Below are positions 29,001 to 37,619 of a DNA stretch of 64,000 bases, piece by piece. The position numbers and the translations under genes are program-made. The notes under the pieces were generated by a model. That model had not been told where the DNA came from, ran no database searches, and was given only the letters and a program-made list of their open reading frames with translations. Source of the stretch: Archangium sp. (GTDB lineage Bacteria; Myxococcota; Myxococcia; Myxococcales; Myxococcaceae); NCBI GenBank assembly GCA_047600485.1, contig JASGKS010000001.1:6976259-7040258 (forward strand), given 5' to 3'. Each line of letters opens with the position of its first letter. Positions within the stretch are counted from its first letter, which is position 1.

Positions 29001-29867
29001 CGTGAGCAGCAGAGCGGCCTCGAGTCCCTGCGGAGTGTTCGCCTGCTCGCCACAGCCAGCGGTGAAGACCACTGAGGTTGGGGGCGACGCGACGACGTTG
29101 AAGATCAGATCGAGCGGAACCACCGAACCACCACTCGCGGTCAGCAACACCTGCACCGAGGCTTCGCCCAACGTGGTCGGAGTCCACTGCAGCAGGCCCG
29201 TCGGACTGATGGTCATGCCAGCAGGCGCGGCGACCGCCAGACCCGAGCTCGCGATGGGAGCGAACGACAGACTCACCGTCTCGTTCGGAGGCGCGGTGAC
29301 CGGCAGGGAGATGCTGTTCGACTGGTTCTGCACCAGGCCCATTCGAAGCACCGCGGTGGTGCGCGCCGAACGCGGCGACGAGAGCAGCAACGCGCTGCGC
29401 ATCAGGAACGGGCGAGTCGAATTCCCATCTTGCAGTGGCGTGACACGACAGCAGTCGTTCACCTCGATGGGCGTCGAGCTCGCGGTGAGAGGAACCACCA
29501 CCTGCAGCGTCGCGTTGGCGTACAGGCGGTCATTGGCGGCGTCGGTGGCAACCACCTGGAGAGGAATGGTCTGCACCGTCGCGCCGCCGTTGATGCGGAG
29601 CGAGAAGTCGTTGATGAGCGCTCCGGGGTTCGCGTTGGCGCCAGCCGGCGTGTAGGTCGCGCTCCGCCGCAGGGCGAGCTGCACGTTCACGTTGAAGCGC
29701 GCCTGGGTCGACGAGACGAACGTCGTGTCACGCACCCAGTCGATGGTTCCGCCAGCGAAGCGGGTCGCCAGGGCAGGGCACGCGAAGAACAGCACGGCGA
29801 CCACGACCAGTCGAAGAGCGCGCACGGCGGCGCAGCCTAGCAAGGCGGTCGAGACGACGATGGCCAA
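26061..29867 (-). CDS. Large secreted protein: PA14/fibro-slime-like domain + 9 Myxococcus cysteine-rich repeats + Gly-rich linker + MYXO-CTERM-like tail
   Basis: Motif DDLWVFWNGKLLADLGGVHS (PA14/fibro-slime-like). Nine repeats RCGDG(F/I)xQxGEQCDDGNxxNxDxCxNAC. Then GGGSATGGGS repeats. The protein ends GCGCTAFDASVAWLALALLGVRRRRS (Cys motif + TM + basic tail). Confidence 0.7.
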   Translation of the reverse strand: MAIVVSTALLGCAAVRALRLVVVAVLFFACPALATRFAGGTIDWVRDTTFVSSTQARFNVNVQLALRRSATYTPAGANANPGALINDFSLRINGGATVQTIPLQVVATDAANDRLYANATLQVVVPLTASSTPIEVNDCCRVTPLQDGNSTRPFLMRSALLLSSPRSARTTAVLRMGLVQNQSNSISLPVTAPPNETVSLSFAPIASSGLAVAAPAGMTISPTGLLQWTPTTLGEASVQVLLTASGGSVVPLDLIFNVVASPPTSVVFTAGCGEQANTPQGLEAALLLTARSNRAGGDTLTLSNTPLPTGMVITPLSTNADAGWLVTWSPGRPVVNYGAPTFSTANFACFTVSGLSASSFGNCCATFAITPGPIRTVTGTFRDFRTTQADFSSANGDDVPAFVASTLGANNKPVFQPTTLTTVSSPSSFNAWWDDSPDAGATLVRPLDLVLSGNVSTTGVTRFTSSHFYPLDQRTPSAAEPNPNRNFTWELHEQMPWVPGTTLYFASADDLWVFWNGKLLADLGGVHSRQTLAVPLDAFAAANGLATGRNYPVDLFYAHRGLHEPEFQFELVDAIPPACSAPTRTIAPPQTLLGHATVLTDGGFELAAGPAYDAGPGAGLDGGFDGRLLPNAVFFNDRIDVSHDFQLDFTVLTSSTASGISVVLADALPLPVDSGVLGYENIPNSLAIEFDDVSSGGGDPIGGHVAVMTRGPLPNSANHAVAQRGWARVLRERYCAWPWWSACQSTFGTELAATTPIRITWTRDETRTGPAKGWLRTYIIVPGEPFYAPELEVELLQSEMESLFARGALLAVASGRFAGPTSAVVSNVSVRSSIPTAASMVLPPTPSTAILGQTVTVRMQSRGSCGEDVHASGFASLFGAIATDGTTTFGATIVDRNDGTYDVVYTPTSAGTWTATIVALNQGPIAGSPVSTLVTAMCLDGFRQGAEQCDDGNMVNDDGCTNACTLPRCGDGIRQTGEQCDDANSVNEDACTNACTLARCGDGFTQPPEACDDANTVNEDACTNVCALATCGDGFVQGTEPCDDGNTSNIDACTNACTVARCGDTFVQGTEQCDDGNGVNDDSCSNACNLRRCGDTILQSGEQCDDGNMVNNDDCSNACTTARCGDTIVQTGEQCDDGNMLNDDACSNACNLARCGDTIVQTGEQCDDGNQMSGDGCSATCASEAVVGGGGGSTGGGSATGGGSATGGGTATGGGSTMGGGTATGGGETGGGAGGGGSDVRPGCGCTAFDASVAWLALALLGVRRRRS

Positions 29868-29902
29868 CGAGCTCGCTGCCTATGTAGCGCGGGCGACCGG
29901 AG

Positions 29903-30598
29903 TCAGGGCTGCACGACGGCCGGGAAGTTCGCCGAGCCCTGAATCGTCGCGGTGCACGAGGTCGCGACTTCGCACTTCGTCACCATCGAGTTCACCAGCC
30001 AGCTCAACGTCACCGTGCCGTTCGCGCTCACCGTCTGCGTCGGAACCGGAGTGGTGAGCGTCGTGCCGAGCGAAGTGCCTTCCGCCCACGTCGCCTCTGC
30101 TCCACCGTTCGGCGTGAACGAGACCTTGTAGCTGCTGGTGCCCTGAGACGGCGGAGAGGTCAGCCAGCGCAGCATGTAGTTCGAGCGCAGCGTCGCGGGC
30201 GGCGAGTCGGCGATGGCGGTGCCGAGCTCGAGCGTCGTGACCGTCATGTTCATGGTCGTCACTTCATCGGTGAAGATGATCTCTCGCGGCGTCGACTTCA
30301 TGTCGGGCGTGATGAGGAAGCCGGGGAACTGGCACTTGTCGGCTTCGTTCATCTGCATCGGGTCGAAGCTGCCGGCCGAGGCCGCGACGTTCTGACCGTC
30401 GAGCGTGGCGCGCAGGTTCTTCACCGCGCCGCACGCCGTCTTGGTGTTGTCGTACGTGAGAATCACCTGGAGCGCTCCGCCGTTGCGGCGCTGAGCGGTG
30501 ATGACCGGGCTGATCAACTTGCCCAACTCCGGCGTGGCGGGACCACAGCCAGCGAGGAGCGCGAGCGTCACGAAGGCAGCGAGAGCACGTGAATTCAT
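29903..30598 (-). CDS. Lipoprotein, unknown function
   Basis: Signal peptide/lipobox LALLAGC. Ser/Thr-rich. Confidence 0.5.
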   Translation of the reverse strand: MNSRALAAFVTLALLAGCGPATPELGKLISPVITAQRRNGGALQVILTYDNTKTACGAVKNLRATLDGQNVAASAGSFDPMQMNEADKCQFPGFLITPDMKSTPREIIFTDEVTTMNMTVTTLELGTAIADSPPATLRSNYMLRWLTSPPSQGTSSYKVSFTPNGGAEATWAEGTSLGTTLTTPVPTQTVSANGTVTLSWLVNSMVTKCEVATSCTATIQGSANFPAVVQP

Positions 30599-30619
30599 GG
30601 CGCGCGGACCAAAGCGCAG

Positions 30620-31570
30620 TCAGCGCGTTCCGACCACCAGTTCCGCGATGGCGCGACTGATGCGGTGCCCGAGCTTCTGCTCGACGTCGAGGTAGATGGG
30701 CGAGCTGTTCAGCTCGAGGAACACGAAGCGCCCGTCAGTCGTGCGCTTGATGTCGATGCCCGCGAAGCGCAGTCCGCATTTCCTTGCGGCGTCTCGACAG
30801 TGTTGGACCACCGCGCTCGGCAGCTCGACTTCTTCGTAGCGCGCGTCACCCGACGAGTAGACGGGGTCGTCGCGAAAATCGAGGTGCTGCGACGGAGTGC
30901 GAATCGCGACGCACGAGACGATTTCGTCTCCCGCGAGCATCACGCGGAGATCGTCACCGTCGATGCGCTCTTGAAAGATGACCGGCGAATTGCGGACCGC
31001 GTCGAGCTCGTCGGCGCTCTCGAGGTCGGCGAGGCGACGGGTGATGGCTCCGCCCATGAGCGGCTTGAAGATGACGTCGTGCGTGTCCTTCGCGAATGCG
31101 CGCACCGCGTCGGGGTCGTTGCTGATCAACGTGCGGGGCACGCTCGCGCCGACGCTGCGCAGCACGTTGAGCTGAAACGGTTTGTACTGGAGCACGCTCC
31201 CGGCTTGCGGCGGGTTGATCAGCCGCGCGCCTCGGTCCTGCAACGCGAGGAGCCACGCGACGAAGTACGACGCGCGCTCGCGTTCCTGCATGTAGCGGAT
31301 GAACCAGTCTTCGTAGAGCACGAGCTCCTGGTCTTCTTCGCGTTCGAACGACGGCGCGTACGGAGCGGGGATGCTGCGCAGGTAGAAGCCGCGCACGTCG
31401 GTGAGGTCGACGCCGCGGTAGAGGAATTTGCCGTCGAGCTCGCTGAGCGGAAGACCTTCGTCGAGCGCGTCGCTGCGGATCAGCACGTCGTCTGCGCCGA
31501 GCGCGCGCACTTCCTTCGCCACGGCGTGGACCTGGAGATCATCGTCAGTGCCAAAGATGCCGACCCGCAT
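30620..31570 (-). CDS. ATP-grasp family peptide ligase (RimK-like; candidate graspetide macrocyclase)
   Basis: RimK/glutathione-synthetase-like ATP-grasp architecture (~320 aa); specific catalytic motifs were not confirmed from memory. Start taken at MRVGIFG. Divergent from the repeat-peptide gene. Confidence 0.75.
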   Translation of the reverse strand: MRVGIFGTDDDLQVHAVAKEVRALGADDVLIRSDALDEGLPLSELDGKFLYRGVDLTDVRGFYLRSIPAPYAPSFEREEDQELVLYEDWFIRYMQERERASYFVAWLLALQDRGARLINPPQAGSVLQYKPFQLNVLRSVGASVPRTLISNDPDAVRAFAKDTHDVIFKPLMGGAITRRLADLESADELDAVRNSPVIFQERIDGDDLRVMLAGDEIVSCVAIRTPSQHLDFRDDPVYSSGDARYEEVELPSAVVQHCRDAARKCGLRFAGIDIKRTTDGRFVFLELNSSPIYLDVEQKLGHRISRAIAELVVGTR

Positions 31571-31640
31571 GACGTGTTCGCGGGGCAAATGTACTCTGCG
31601 CGCGCGTCATTTCTCTCGTCGTCATCAAGGAGCGCTCCAC

Positions 31641-32177
31641 ATGAAGGTGAAGGGTCACAAGAGCCTGCCGAAGTACGAGCTCGGGAAGAACAAGAAGAAG
31701 GAAGAGAAGAAGATGACGACGATGGCGCTCGGCGAAGAGAGCGCGAAGAAGCCCGGCAAGCCGGGTCAGGTCACGACCAAAGCGCTCGGCGAAGAGGGCA
31801 ACGCGAAGCCGGGAAAGCCGGGCGGGACGTTCACCACGATGGCGGTTGGTGAGGAGAGCAACACCAAGCCGAAGCCTCCGGGCGGCACGTTCACCACGAT
31901 GGCGGTGGGTGAAGAGGGCGGTGCTCCGAACAAGCCCGGCAAGCCTCCGACGATGACCACGCTCGCGGTCGGTGAAGAGGGCGGTGCGCCGAACAAGCCG
32001 GGGAAGCCCGACGTCACGACGCTCGCCGTCGGTGAAGAGGGCAACGACAAGCCGACTAAACCCGGGAAGCCTGACGTCACGACGCTCGCCGTCGGTGAAG
32101 AAGGCAACAAGCCGAAGCCGCCGGGTGGAACGTTCACCACCATGGCGCTCGGTGAAGAGGGCACAGGCTCGCGCTGA
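31641..32177 (+). CDS. Graspetide (omega-ester-containing peptide) precursor with 8 tandem TTxxxGEE core repeats
   Basis: RBS-like aaggag 10 nt upstream of ATG 31641. Lys-rich leader MKVKGHKSLPKYELGKNKKKEEKK. Eight roughly 20-aa units (TTMALGEES, TTKALGEEG, TTMAVGEES, TTMAVGEEG, TTLAVGEEG x3, TTMALGEEG) separated by KPGKPG-type linkers. The ORF-track entry 31428..32177 is the same frame with an upstream false start. Confidence 0.65.
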   Translation: MKVKGHKSLPKYELGKNKKKEEKKMTTMALGEESAKKPGKPGQVTTKALGEEGNAKPGKPGGTFTTMAVGEESNTKPKPPGGTFTTMAVGEEGGAPNKPGKPPTMTTLAVGEEGGAPNKPGKPDVTTLAVGEEGNDKPTKPGKPDVTTLAVGEEGNKPKPPGGTFTTMALGEEGTGSR

Positions 32178-32191
32178 GCGGCGGTTTTGGT

Positions 32192-32232
32192 CCACCCTCA
32201 CCCCGACCCTCTCCCTCGCGGGAGAGGGGGCT
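32192..32232. repeat. Dispersed palindromic intergenic repeat, copy 1
   Basis: caccctcaccccgaccctctccctcgcgggagaggggg containing a 9-bp perfect stem (ccctctccc/gggagaggg) with a 4-nt loop. Same element at 42426..42466 and inverted at 35086..35123. Confidence 0.8.
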
Positions 32233-32273
32233 CTGAGCCGCGGCGCGTCTTCTGCGTTTCGTCTTCTGCGTTC

Positions 32274-33992
32274 TCAGAGCTTCAGCTTCTTCGTCGTCGT
32301 CTTGCCCGCGCTGATCTCGACTTCGATCGCGCGCTTGATGCCCTTGGCGTCGTTCACCAGCGTGAGCACGTGAATGCCCGGCGGCAACGTCACCTCGACC
32401 AGCGGCGTGTCGCCCAACTTGCGCCCCTTGAGAAACACCTCGGTGTATGGCGTCGTATCGAGCGTCAGCTTCCCCTTCGCGATCTTCACCGGAGTCTTCA
32501 CCGGCTGATCAGTCTTCGGCGGCTCGACGGGCTTCGGCGTCTCGGCAGCGAGCCCCGCATCGACCGCAGCAGTCGGCACAGGCGGCGGTTCCTTCACCGG
32601 CTCCTTCACGACCACCGGCGGAGGCACCACCTTCGCGATGACCGGTTCCTTCTTCGGCTCCTCGGACGACGGCAGATGCGTGACGAGGTACGCGACACCG
32701 ACCAGCAACACGATGCCGACACCCACCGCGATGGCCGCGCGCGCTTTTCTCTCGCGCTGCATGCGCGCGAGCGTCGGCTCTCCGACCTGCGTGGGAATTC
32801 CTTCGACCACGGGAATCGAACTTCCACTCGCGGTGACTTCCGGCGCGCCGAGCGGTGACGGCGCAGGAGCGAGCTCGGCCGCCGGCAACGTCGGGTGGCT
32901 GCGAATCGGCGAGAGGTGCTGCGGCAAGTGCTTCAACTGCGACGGCGTCTTCGCCGACGGCTCGAGCGAAATCTGCGCGATGCGCAATTTGCCCATGCGC
33001 CGGTCAGCGTCGAACAGCCCGTTCATGAACTCCGCGACCGCGCGCTCGCTGCGCACGTACTGCTGACTCACGAGAAACGACGCGAGCGCATCGGCGAGCT
33101 CAGCGGCGCTCTGGTAGCGCTGCTCCAAATCGCGCTCCATCGCCTTCAAGATGATGGCGTCGAGCGCCGGCGGCACCTGCGGCCGAATGCTGCTCGGCAC
33201 GGGAATCGGAGCGCTCACCACCGCCTTCAACGTCGCGAGGTCGCTCTCGCGCTTGAACGGCCGCTGCAGCGTCACCAACTCGTAGAGCACCGTGCCGAGC
33301 GCGAACACGTCGCTGCGGCGATCGAGCGGATCTCCCGCGGCCTGCTCGGGAGACACGTACGCGACCTTGCCCTTCAACGTGCCGGCCGCGGTCTTCGTGA
33401 TGTTCGACTCCGCGCGCGCGATGCCGAAGTCCACCAGCTTCACGGTGCCGTGGTACGTGACGATGACGTTCGACGGGCTCACGTCACGGTGCACGACGTT
33501 TTGGGGCCGGCCGTTCTGATCAGTCAGCTCGTGCGCGAAGTGCAGACCGGTCGCCGCTCCGACGATGACGTCGCACGCGGTGGCGATGGGCACCATGCGC
33601 TCGGCGCGCTTGCTCGCCTGCATGATGCTCGCGAGGTCCTCACCGGGGAGGTGCTCCATCGCGAGGTAGTACTGCCCGCCGACTTCGCCGAAGTCGTAGA
33701 TGCGCACCACGTTGTTGTGGTCGAGCGTCGCCGCGAGCCGCGCCTCGTCGAGGAACATCTGGACGAACTCGTCGTTGCTGCACAGCTCGGGGAGAATCAC
33801 CTTCAGCACGGCGGTCTTCTCGAAGCCGTGCGGCCCGCGCTGCACCGCGAGCCAGATCTGCGCCATGCCGCCCACCGCGATGCGGCGAATCAGCCGGTAC
33901 TTTCCGAACTCGATGGGCTGAAGCCCGTCGGCGCCAGGGGTCTGATCCACGCGGTCGGTGCGCAGCTTACTCCGCCACACAGAGCAGACCAC
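32274..33992 (-). CDS. Serine/threonine protein kinase with C-terminal PEGA domain
   Basis: GGMAQIWLA...VLK, HRDVSPSNVIV, DFGIARA, TM helix. C-terminal KLTLDTTPYTEVFLKGRKLGDTPLVEVTLPPGIHVLTLVND is PEGA-like. Paralog of 15740..17434. Confidence 0.9.
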   Translation of the reverse strand: MVCSVWRSKLRTDRVDQTPGADGLQPIEFGKYRLIRRIAVGGMAQIWLAVQRGPHGFEKTAVLKVILPELCSNDEFVQMFLDEARLAATLDHNNVVRIYDFGEVGGQYYLAMEHLPGEDLASIMQASKRAERMVPIATACDVIVGAATGLHFAHELTDQNGRPQNVVHRDVSPSNVIVTYHGTVKLVDFGIARAESNITKTAAGTLKGKVAYVSPEQAAGDPLDRRSDVFALGTVLYELVTLQRPFKRESDLATLKAVVSAPIPVPSSIRPQVPPALDAIILKAMERDLEQRYQSAAELADALASFLVSQQYVRSERAVAEFMNGLFDADRRMGKLRIAQISLEPSAKTPSQLKHLPQHLSPIRSHPTLPAAELAPAPSPLGAPEVTASGSSIPVVEGIPTQVGEPTLARMQRERKARAAIAVGVGIVLLVGVAYLVTHLPSSEEPKKEPVIAKVVPPPVVVKEPVKEPPPVPTAAVDAGLAAETPKPVEPPKTDQPVKTPVKIAKGKLTLDTTPYTEVFLKGRKLGDTPLVEVTLPPGIHVLTLVNDAKGIKRAIEVEISAGKTTTKKLKL

Positions 33993-34032
33993 TTCATGAA
34001 GCCGCGAAACTCAGCGCGAGTAGAGTCCGCGC

Positions 34033-35070
34033 ATGTCCCTCTTCGTCTGCGTAGTCGCCGCGACGTTGGCGGTGGCTCCTCCGGAGCTGAAGAACGCCGA
34101 AGGGTTGATGGCGAAATACAAATACGCCGAGGCGCAGGCGCAGCTGAAGAAGGCGCGCGCGGCGAAGGGTCTCGATCGCGCGAGCTTGCTGCGCATTCTC
34201 GAGCTGCAGGGCATCGCGGCGGGACAACAGCGACAAGCCGGGCCCGCGACGCAGGCGTTCAGCGAGCTGCTCACGCTCGACCCGGGTCACAAGCTCGCCG
34301 AGGAATTCGCGCCGCGCGTGATGACTCCGTTCTTCGAGGCCGGTCAGGCGGTCAACGAAGCGGGCGCGCTCGAGCTCAAAGCCGCGGCGGTCTCGGCGAG
34401 CAACGGTCGACTCACCGCGCTCAACGTCGAGGTGCCGAAGGACGCGCTGAAGCTCGTGCGCTCGTTGGTGTTCCACATCTCCATCAACGCGCCGTGGTCG
34501 ACGCGCACCGTTCCACTCGAGGGCGGCAAGGCGAGCACGCCGGTCGACGCGACCGAGGTGCAGTGGTGGGCGGAGCTGCTCGGAGAAAACGACGCGCAGT
34601 TGGTCGTGCTCGGGTCCGAGAGCAATCCACTGGTGGCGACGCCGCCGGCACCGATGGTGAGCGCGACTGCGCCGCCTCCGCTTCCGCCGTCAGCCGAACC
34701 GGTGGTGACGAAGAGCGCGAGCAGTGGTGGAGCGGTGCGCACGGCGTCGTTCTTCGTGATGGGTGGCGCGGTGGTGGCCGCGGGAGTCGGCGCGTTCTTC
34801 GGAGTGCGCTCGTCGACGGCGCTCGGTTCCATCACCGGAGCGACGCGAGATGATCAGGGCCGCATCACTTCGCTCACCGAACGCGAAGCCGCCGCGCGCG
34901 GTGCGCAGGCCGCGAGTGATGGGCTCATCGCGAACATCTTGTTCGTCAGCGCGGGAGTGGTGGCCGCGGCCGGCATCGTGATGTTCATCGTCGGCGGGCC
35001 GGAGACGCCCGCACGCGTGACGCTCGCTCCTGCGCTCGGTGGCTTCGCGCTGAGCGGGAGCTTTCCGTGA
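34033..35070 (+). CDS. Membrane-anchored periplasmic protein (paralog of 17437..18459)
   Basis: Signal peptide. RILELQGIAAGQ and QWWAELLGEN motifs shared with 17437..18459. C-terminal TM helix. Confidence 0.55.
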   Translation: MSLFVCVVAATLAVAPPELKNAEGLMAKYKYAEAQAQLKKARAAKGLDRASLLRILELQGIAAGQQRQAGPATQAFSELLTLDPGHKLAEEFAPRVMTPFFEAGQAVNEAGALELKAAAVSASNGRLTALNVEVPKDALKLVRSLVFHISINAPWSTRTVPLEGGKASTPVDATEVQWWAELLGENDAQLVVLGSESNPLVATPPAPMVSATAPPPLPPSAEPVVTKSASSGGAVRTASFFVMGGAVVAAGVGAFFGVRSSTALGSITGATRDDQGRITSLTEREAAARGAQAASDGLIANILFVSAGVVAAAGIVMFIVGGPETPARVTLAPALGGFALSGSFP

Positions 35071-37556
35071 GTGTGGTCGAAGGCAAAGCCCCCCTCTCCC
35101 GCCAGGGAGAGGGTCGGGGTGAGGGTGAACCGCACCACAATCTCAGCGCGCGATTCGTCGGAGGGGCGCGCAACACGTCGTGGCGCTCGCCGCTGCTCCT
35201 CGCGGCGTTCGTCTTCGCCGGCTGTCAGTGCACTCCGCCAGATCTCTCGCAGCAACGCTTCGCGTGCACGACGCTCGCCGATTGCGCCGATGGCCACGAC
35301 TGCATCGACGGCGAGTGTCGCAGTCCCTCGAGCAATGGAGACGGCGGAGCGACCGGAGGCGGCACAGCGACCGGAGGCGGCGCAGCGACCGGCGGCGGCG
35401 CAGCAACTGGTGGCGGCGCAGCGACGGGTGGTGGCGCAACGACTGGCGGCGGCGCTGCAACCGGAGGCGGCGGCGGCGCGACTGGCGGCGGATCCACAAC
35501 CGGTGGTGGCGGTGGTGCCACTGGTGGTGGCTCAACGACCGGAGGCGGCGGCTCGACCGGTGGCGGAGGCGGCACCTGCACTCCCGAAAGCGACCCCGAC
35601 TTCTGCACGCGACTCGCAAAGAACTGCGGCAGCGTGACGGCGAACGACAACTGCTCCGTCTCGCGCACCGCGACCTGCGGCACGTGCAACGGCGGAAACT
35701 TCTGCGGCGGCGGCGGCGCAGCGAACGTCTGCGGCCCCTGTCAGCCCGAGAACGACGTCGGCTTCTGCGGCCGCCTCGCGAAGAACTGCGGCCAGCTCAC
35801 CGCCAACGACAACTGCAACGTCCCGCGCACCGCGATGTGCGGCAGCTGTACTTCACCGCTCACCTGCGGCGGCAGCGTGACGCCGAACGTGTGCGGTGGC
35901 GGCCCCATCTGCACCGCCGACTGGTGTTGGAGCCGCCCGCAGATTCAAGGCAACCATCTGCACGACACCGCCGTCGTCTCAGCGACCGACGTGTGGGCCG
36001 TCGGAGACATCGGCACGATTCTCCACTGGGACGGCACGGCCTGGGGCAAGGCGCCGAACACCTTCGGCGATGATCTCTTCGCGGTCTGGGCCAACGGCAC
36101 GAGCAACGCGTGGGCGGCCGGGCGTGACGGCACCATCCTCCACTGGAATGGAAACGACTGGTCTCCGCTCGGAAACCTCGCCACCAACCAGACCATCTTC
36201 GGCCTGTGGGGCAGCTCGACGAACGACGTGTGGGCCGCGGGCACTGGCGGCGTGCTCCGCCGGTGGAACGGCTCGACGTGGGTCGCGGCGACGAGCAACA
36301 CCGCCAACACCTTCTACGGCCTCGGTGGCTCAGCGACGAACGACGTGTGGGCCGTCGGCGAAGGCGGAATGATTCAGCACTTCAACGGCACCGCGTGGAG
36401 CAACGTCACGAGCCCCACCACCAACGAGCTCGACGGCGTGTGGGCGAGCAGCACGACCAACGCGTGGGCCGTCGGTGACAACGTCATCCTGCGGTGGAAC
36501 GGCACGATGTGGACCGACGTGACGCCGACCACGTCGACTGGGTTCTTCGGCGTGTGGGGCACCGGACCCAACGACGTGTGGGCCGTCGGCGATCGCCTCA
36601 CGATGCGCTTCAACGGCACGTCGTGGAACGCAGTGGGCACTCCGGTCGCGAGTGAGTGGCACGGCGTGCACGGCGCGGGCAGCGAAGTGTTCGCGGTCGG
36701 AATCGGCGGAGCGACGATGCGGTGGACCGGAATGGCGTGGACCGAGCTCACCGCGGGTCCGTTCGAGACGCTCTACGGCCTGTTCGCGTTCTCGACGACC
36801 GACGTTTGGGCTTCAGGCTCGCGCGGAACGATTCTGCACTTCGACGGCACGACGTGGACACGCTCCAACTCCGGTACGACGAACGACCTCAACGCGCTGT
36901 GGGGCTCGGCGCCGAACAACATCTGGGTCGCGGGCGACAACGTGATGAAGCGGTGGAACGGAACGTCGTGGACCACCCAACCCGCTCCGCCGCGGCAGAT
37001 CTACGACCTGCACGGACTCTCGGCGAACGACATCTGGGCGTCGGGCGTCGACGGTTTGATGATGCACTACAACGGCACGAGCTGGTCGGTGGTGAACACC
37101 GGCATGTCGACCACCAACGACTACAACACCGTGTGGGCCCTCGCCGCGAACGACGTCTGGGCGCTCGGTGACAACGGGCTCGCGGGCCACTGGGACGGCA
37201 TGAACTGGAGCGTGGTGGCGCCGTTCATCACCACCAATTCCGTCTACGCGATGTCGGGCAACGCGGGCACGCTCATCGGCGTCGGCCCGGGCGCGACCAT
37301 CGTGAAATTCTCGGGAGGCACGTGGACCGACGTGTCCGTCGGCGGCAGCGATTACTACGGCGTCACGATGGTCACTCCGAGTGAGAGCTACATCGTCGGT
37401 GGCGGCGTCTCGATGCGCTACGACACCGTCTCTCCGCAGCAATACCTCGACCTGCCGAACTACTACGGGTTCTACAACATCGCCGCCATTGCACAGCCCA
37501 GCGGCCCCGTGCTCTTCACCGTCGGCACCGCAGGCGGGGTCCTGCAACACAACTGA
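35067..37556 (+). CDS. Lipoprotein with (ATGGG)n Gly-rich linker, duplicated Cys-rich module and beta-propeller-like W-x-G repeats
   Basis: Lipobox FVFAGCQ. GGATGGGTATGGGAATGGG... repeats. Two copies of C...DFCTRLAKNCG..TANDNC.V.RTA.CG.C. At least 15 repeats of type GTILHWDGTAW / VWAVG / LRWNGTMW. The true start is uncertain because the repeat element lies in the 5' region. Confidence 0.6.
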   Translation: MSVVEGKAPLSRQGEGRGEGEPHHNLSARFVGGARNTSWRSPLLLAAFVFAGCQCTPPDLSQQRFACTTLADCADGHDCIDGECRSPSSNGDGGATGGGTATGGGAATGGGAATGGGAATGGGATTGGGAATGGGGGATGGGSTTGGGGGATGGGSTTGGGGSTGGGGGTCTPESDPDFCTRLAKNCGSVTANDNCSVSRTATCGTCNGGNFCGGGGAANVCGPCQPENDVGFCGRLAKNCGQLTANDNCNVPRTAMCGSCTSPLTCGGSVTPNVCGGGPICTADWCWSRPQIQGNHLHDTAVVSATDVWAVGDIGTILHWDGTAWGKAPNTFGDDLFAVWANGTSNAWAAGRDGTILHWNGNDWSPLGNLATNQTIFGLWGSSTNDVWAAGTGGVLRRWNGSTWVAATSNTANTFYGLGGSATNDVWAVGEGGMIQHFNGTAWSNVTSPTTNELDGVWASSTTNAWAVGDNVILRWNGTMWTDVTPTTSTGFFGVWGTGPNDVWAVGDRLTMRFNGTSWNAVGTPVASEWHGVHGAGSEVFAVGIGGATMRWTGMAWTELTAGPFETLYGLFAFSTTDVWASGSRGTILHFDGTTWTRSNSGTTNDLNALWGSAPNNIWVAGDNVMKRWNGTSWTTQPAPPRQIYDLHGLSANDIWASGVDGLMMHYNGTSWSVVNTGMSTTNDYNTVWALAANDVWALGDNGLAGHWDGMNWSVVAPFITTNSVYAMSGNAGTLIGVGPGATIVKFSGGTWTDVSVGGSDYYGVTMVTPSESYIVGGGVSMRYDTVSPQQYLDLPNYYGFYNIAAIAQPSGPVLFTVGTAGGVLQHN
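35086..35123. repeat. Dispersed palindromic repeat, copy 2 (inverted orientation)
   Basis: cccctctcccgccagggagagggtcggggtgagggtg is the reverse complement of the 32192 element, with one substitution in the loop. Confidence 0.8.
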
Positions 37557-37619
37557 CTTCGTAACGTTTTCTCTCCTCGGCAATCAGGCGTCGGGGACGT
37601 TAGGTCCCGCTCCGTACCC

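Noticed and set aside
31428-32201. Longer 249-aa version of the repeat-peptide ORF, and antisense 218-aa ORF 31545..32201
   Set aside because: The upstream extension has no RBS and would overlap the ATP-grasp gene start region. ATG 31641 is preceded by aaggag. The antisense ORF is simply the mirror of the repetitive DNA.
32895-34853. 652-aa ORF spanning the STPK and the divergent membrane-protein gene
   Set aside because: It overlaps two well-supported genes on the opposite or another frame. Its composition (poly-Arg/Gly) is non-protein-like.
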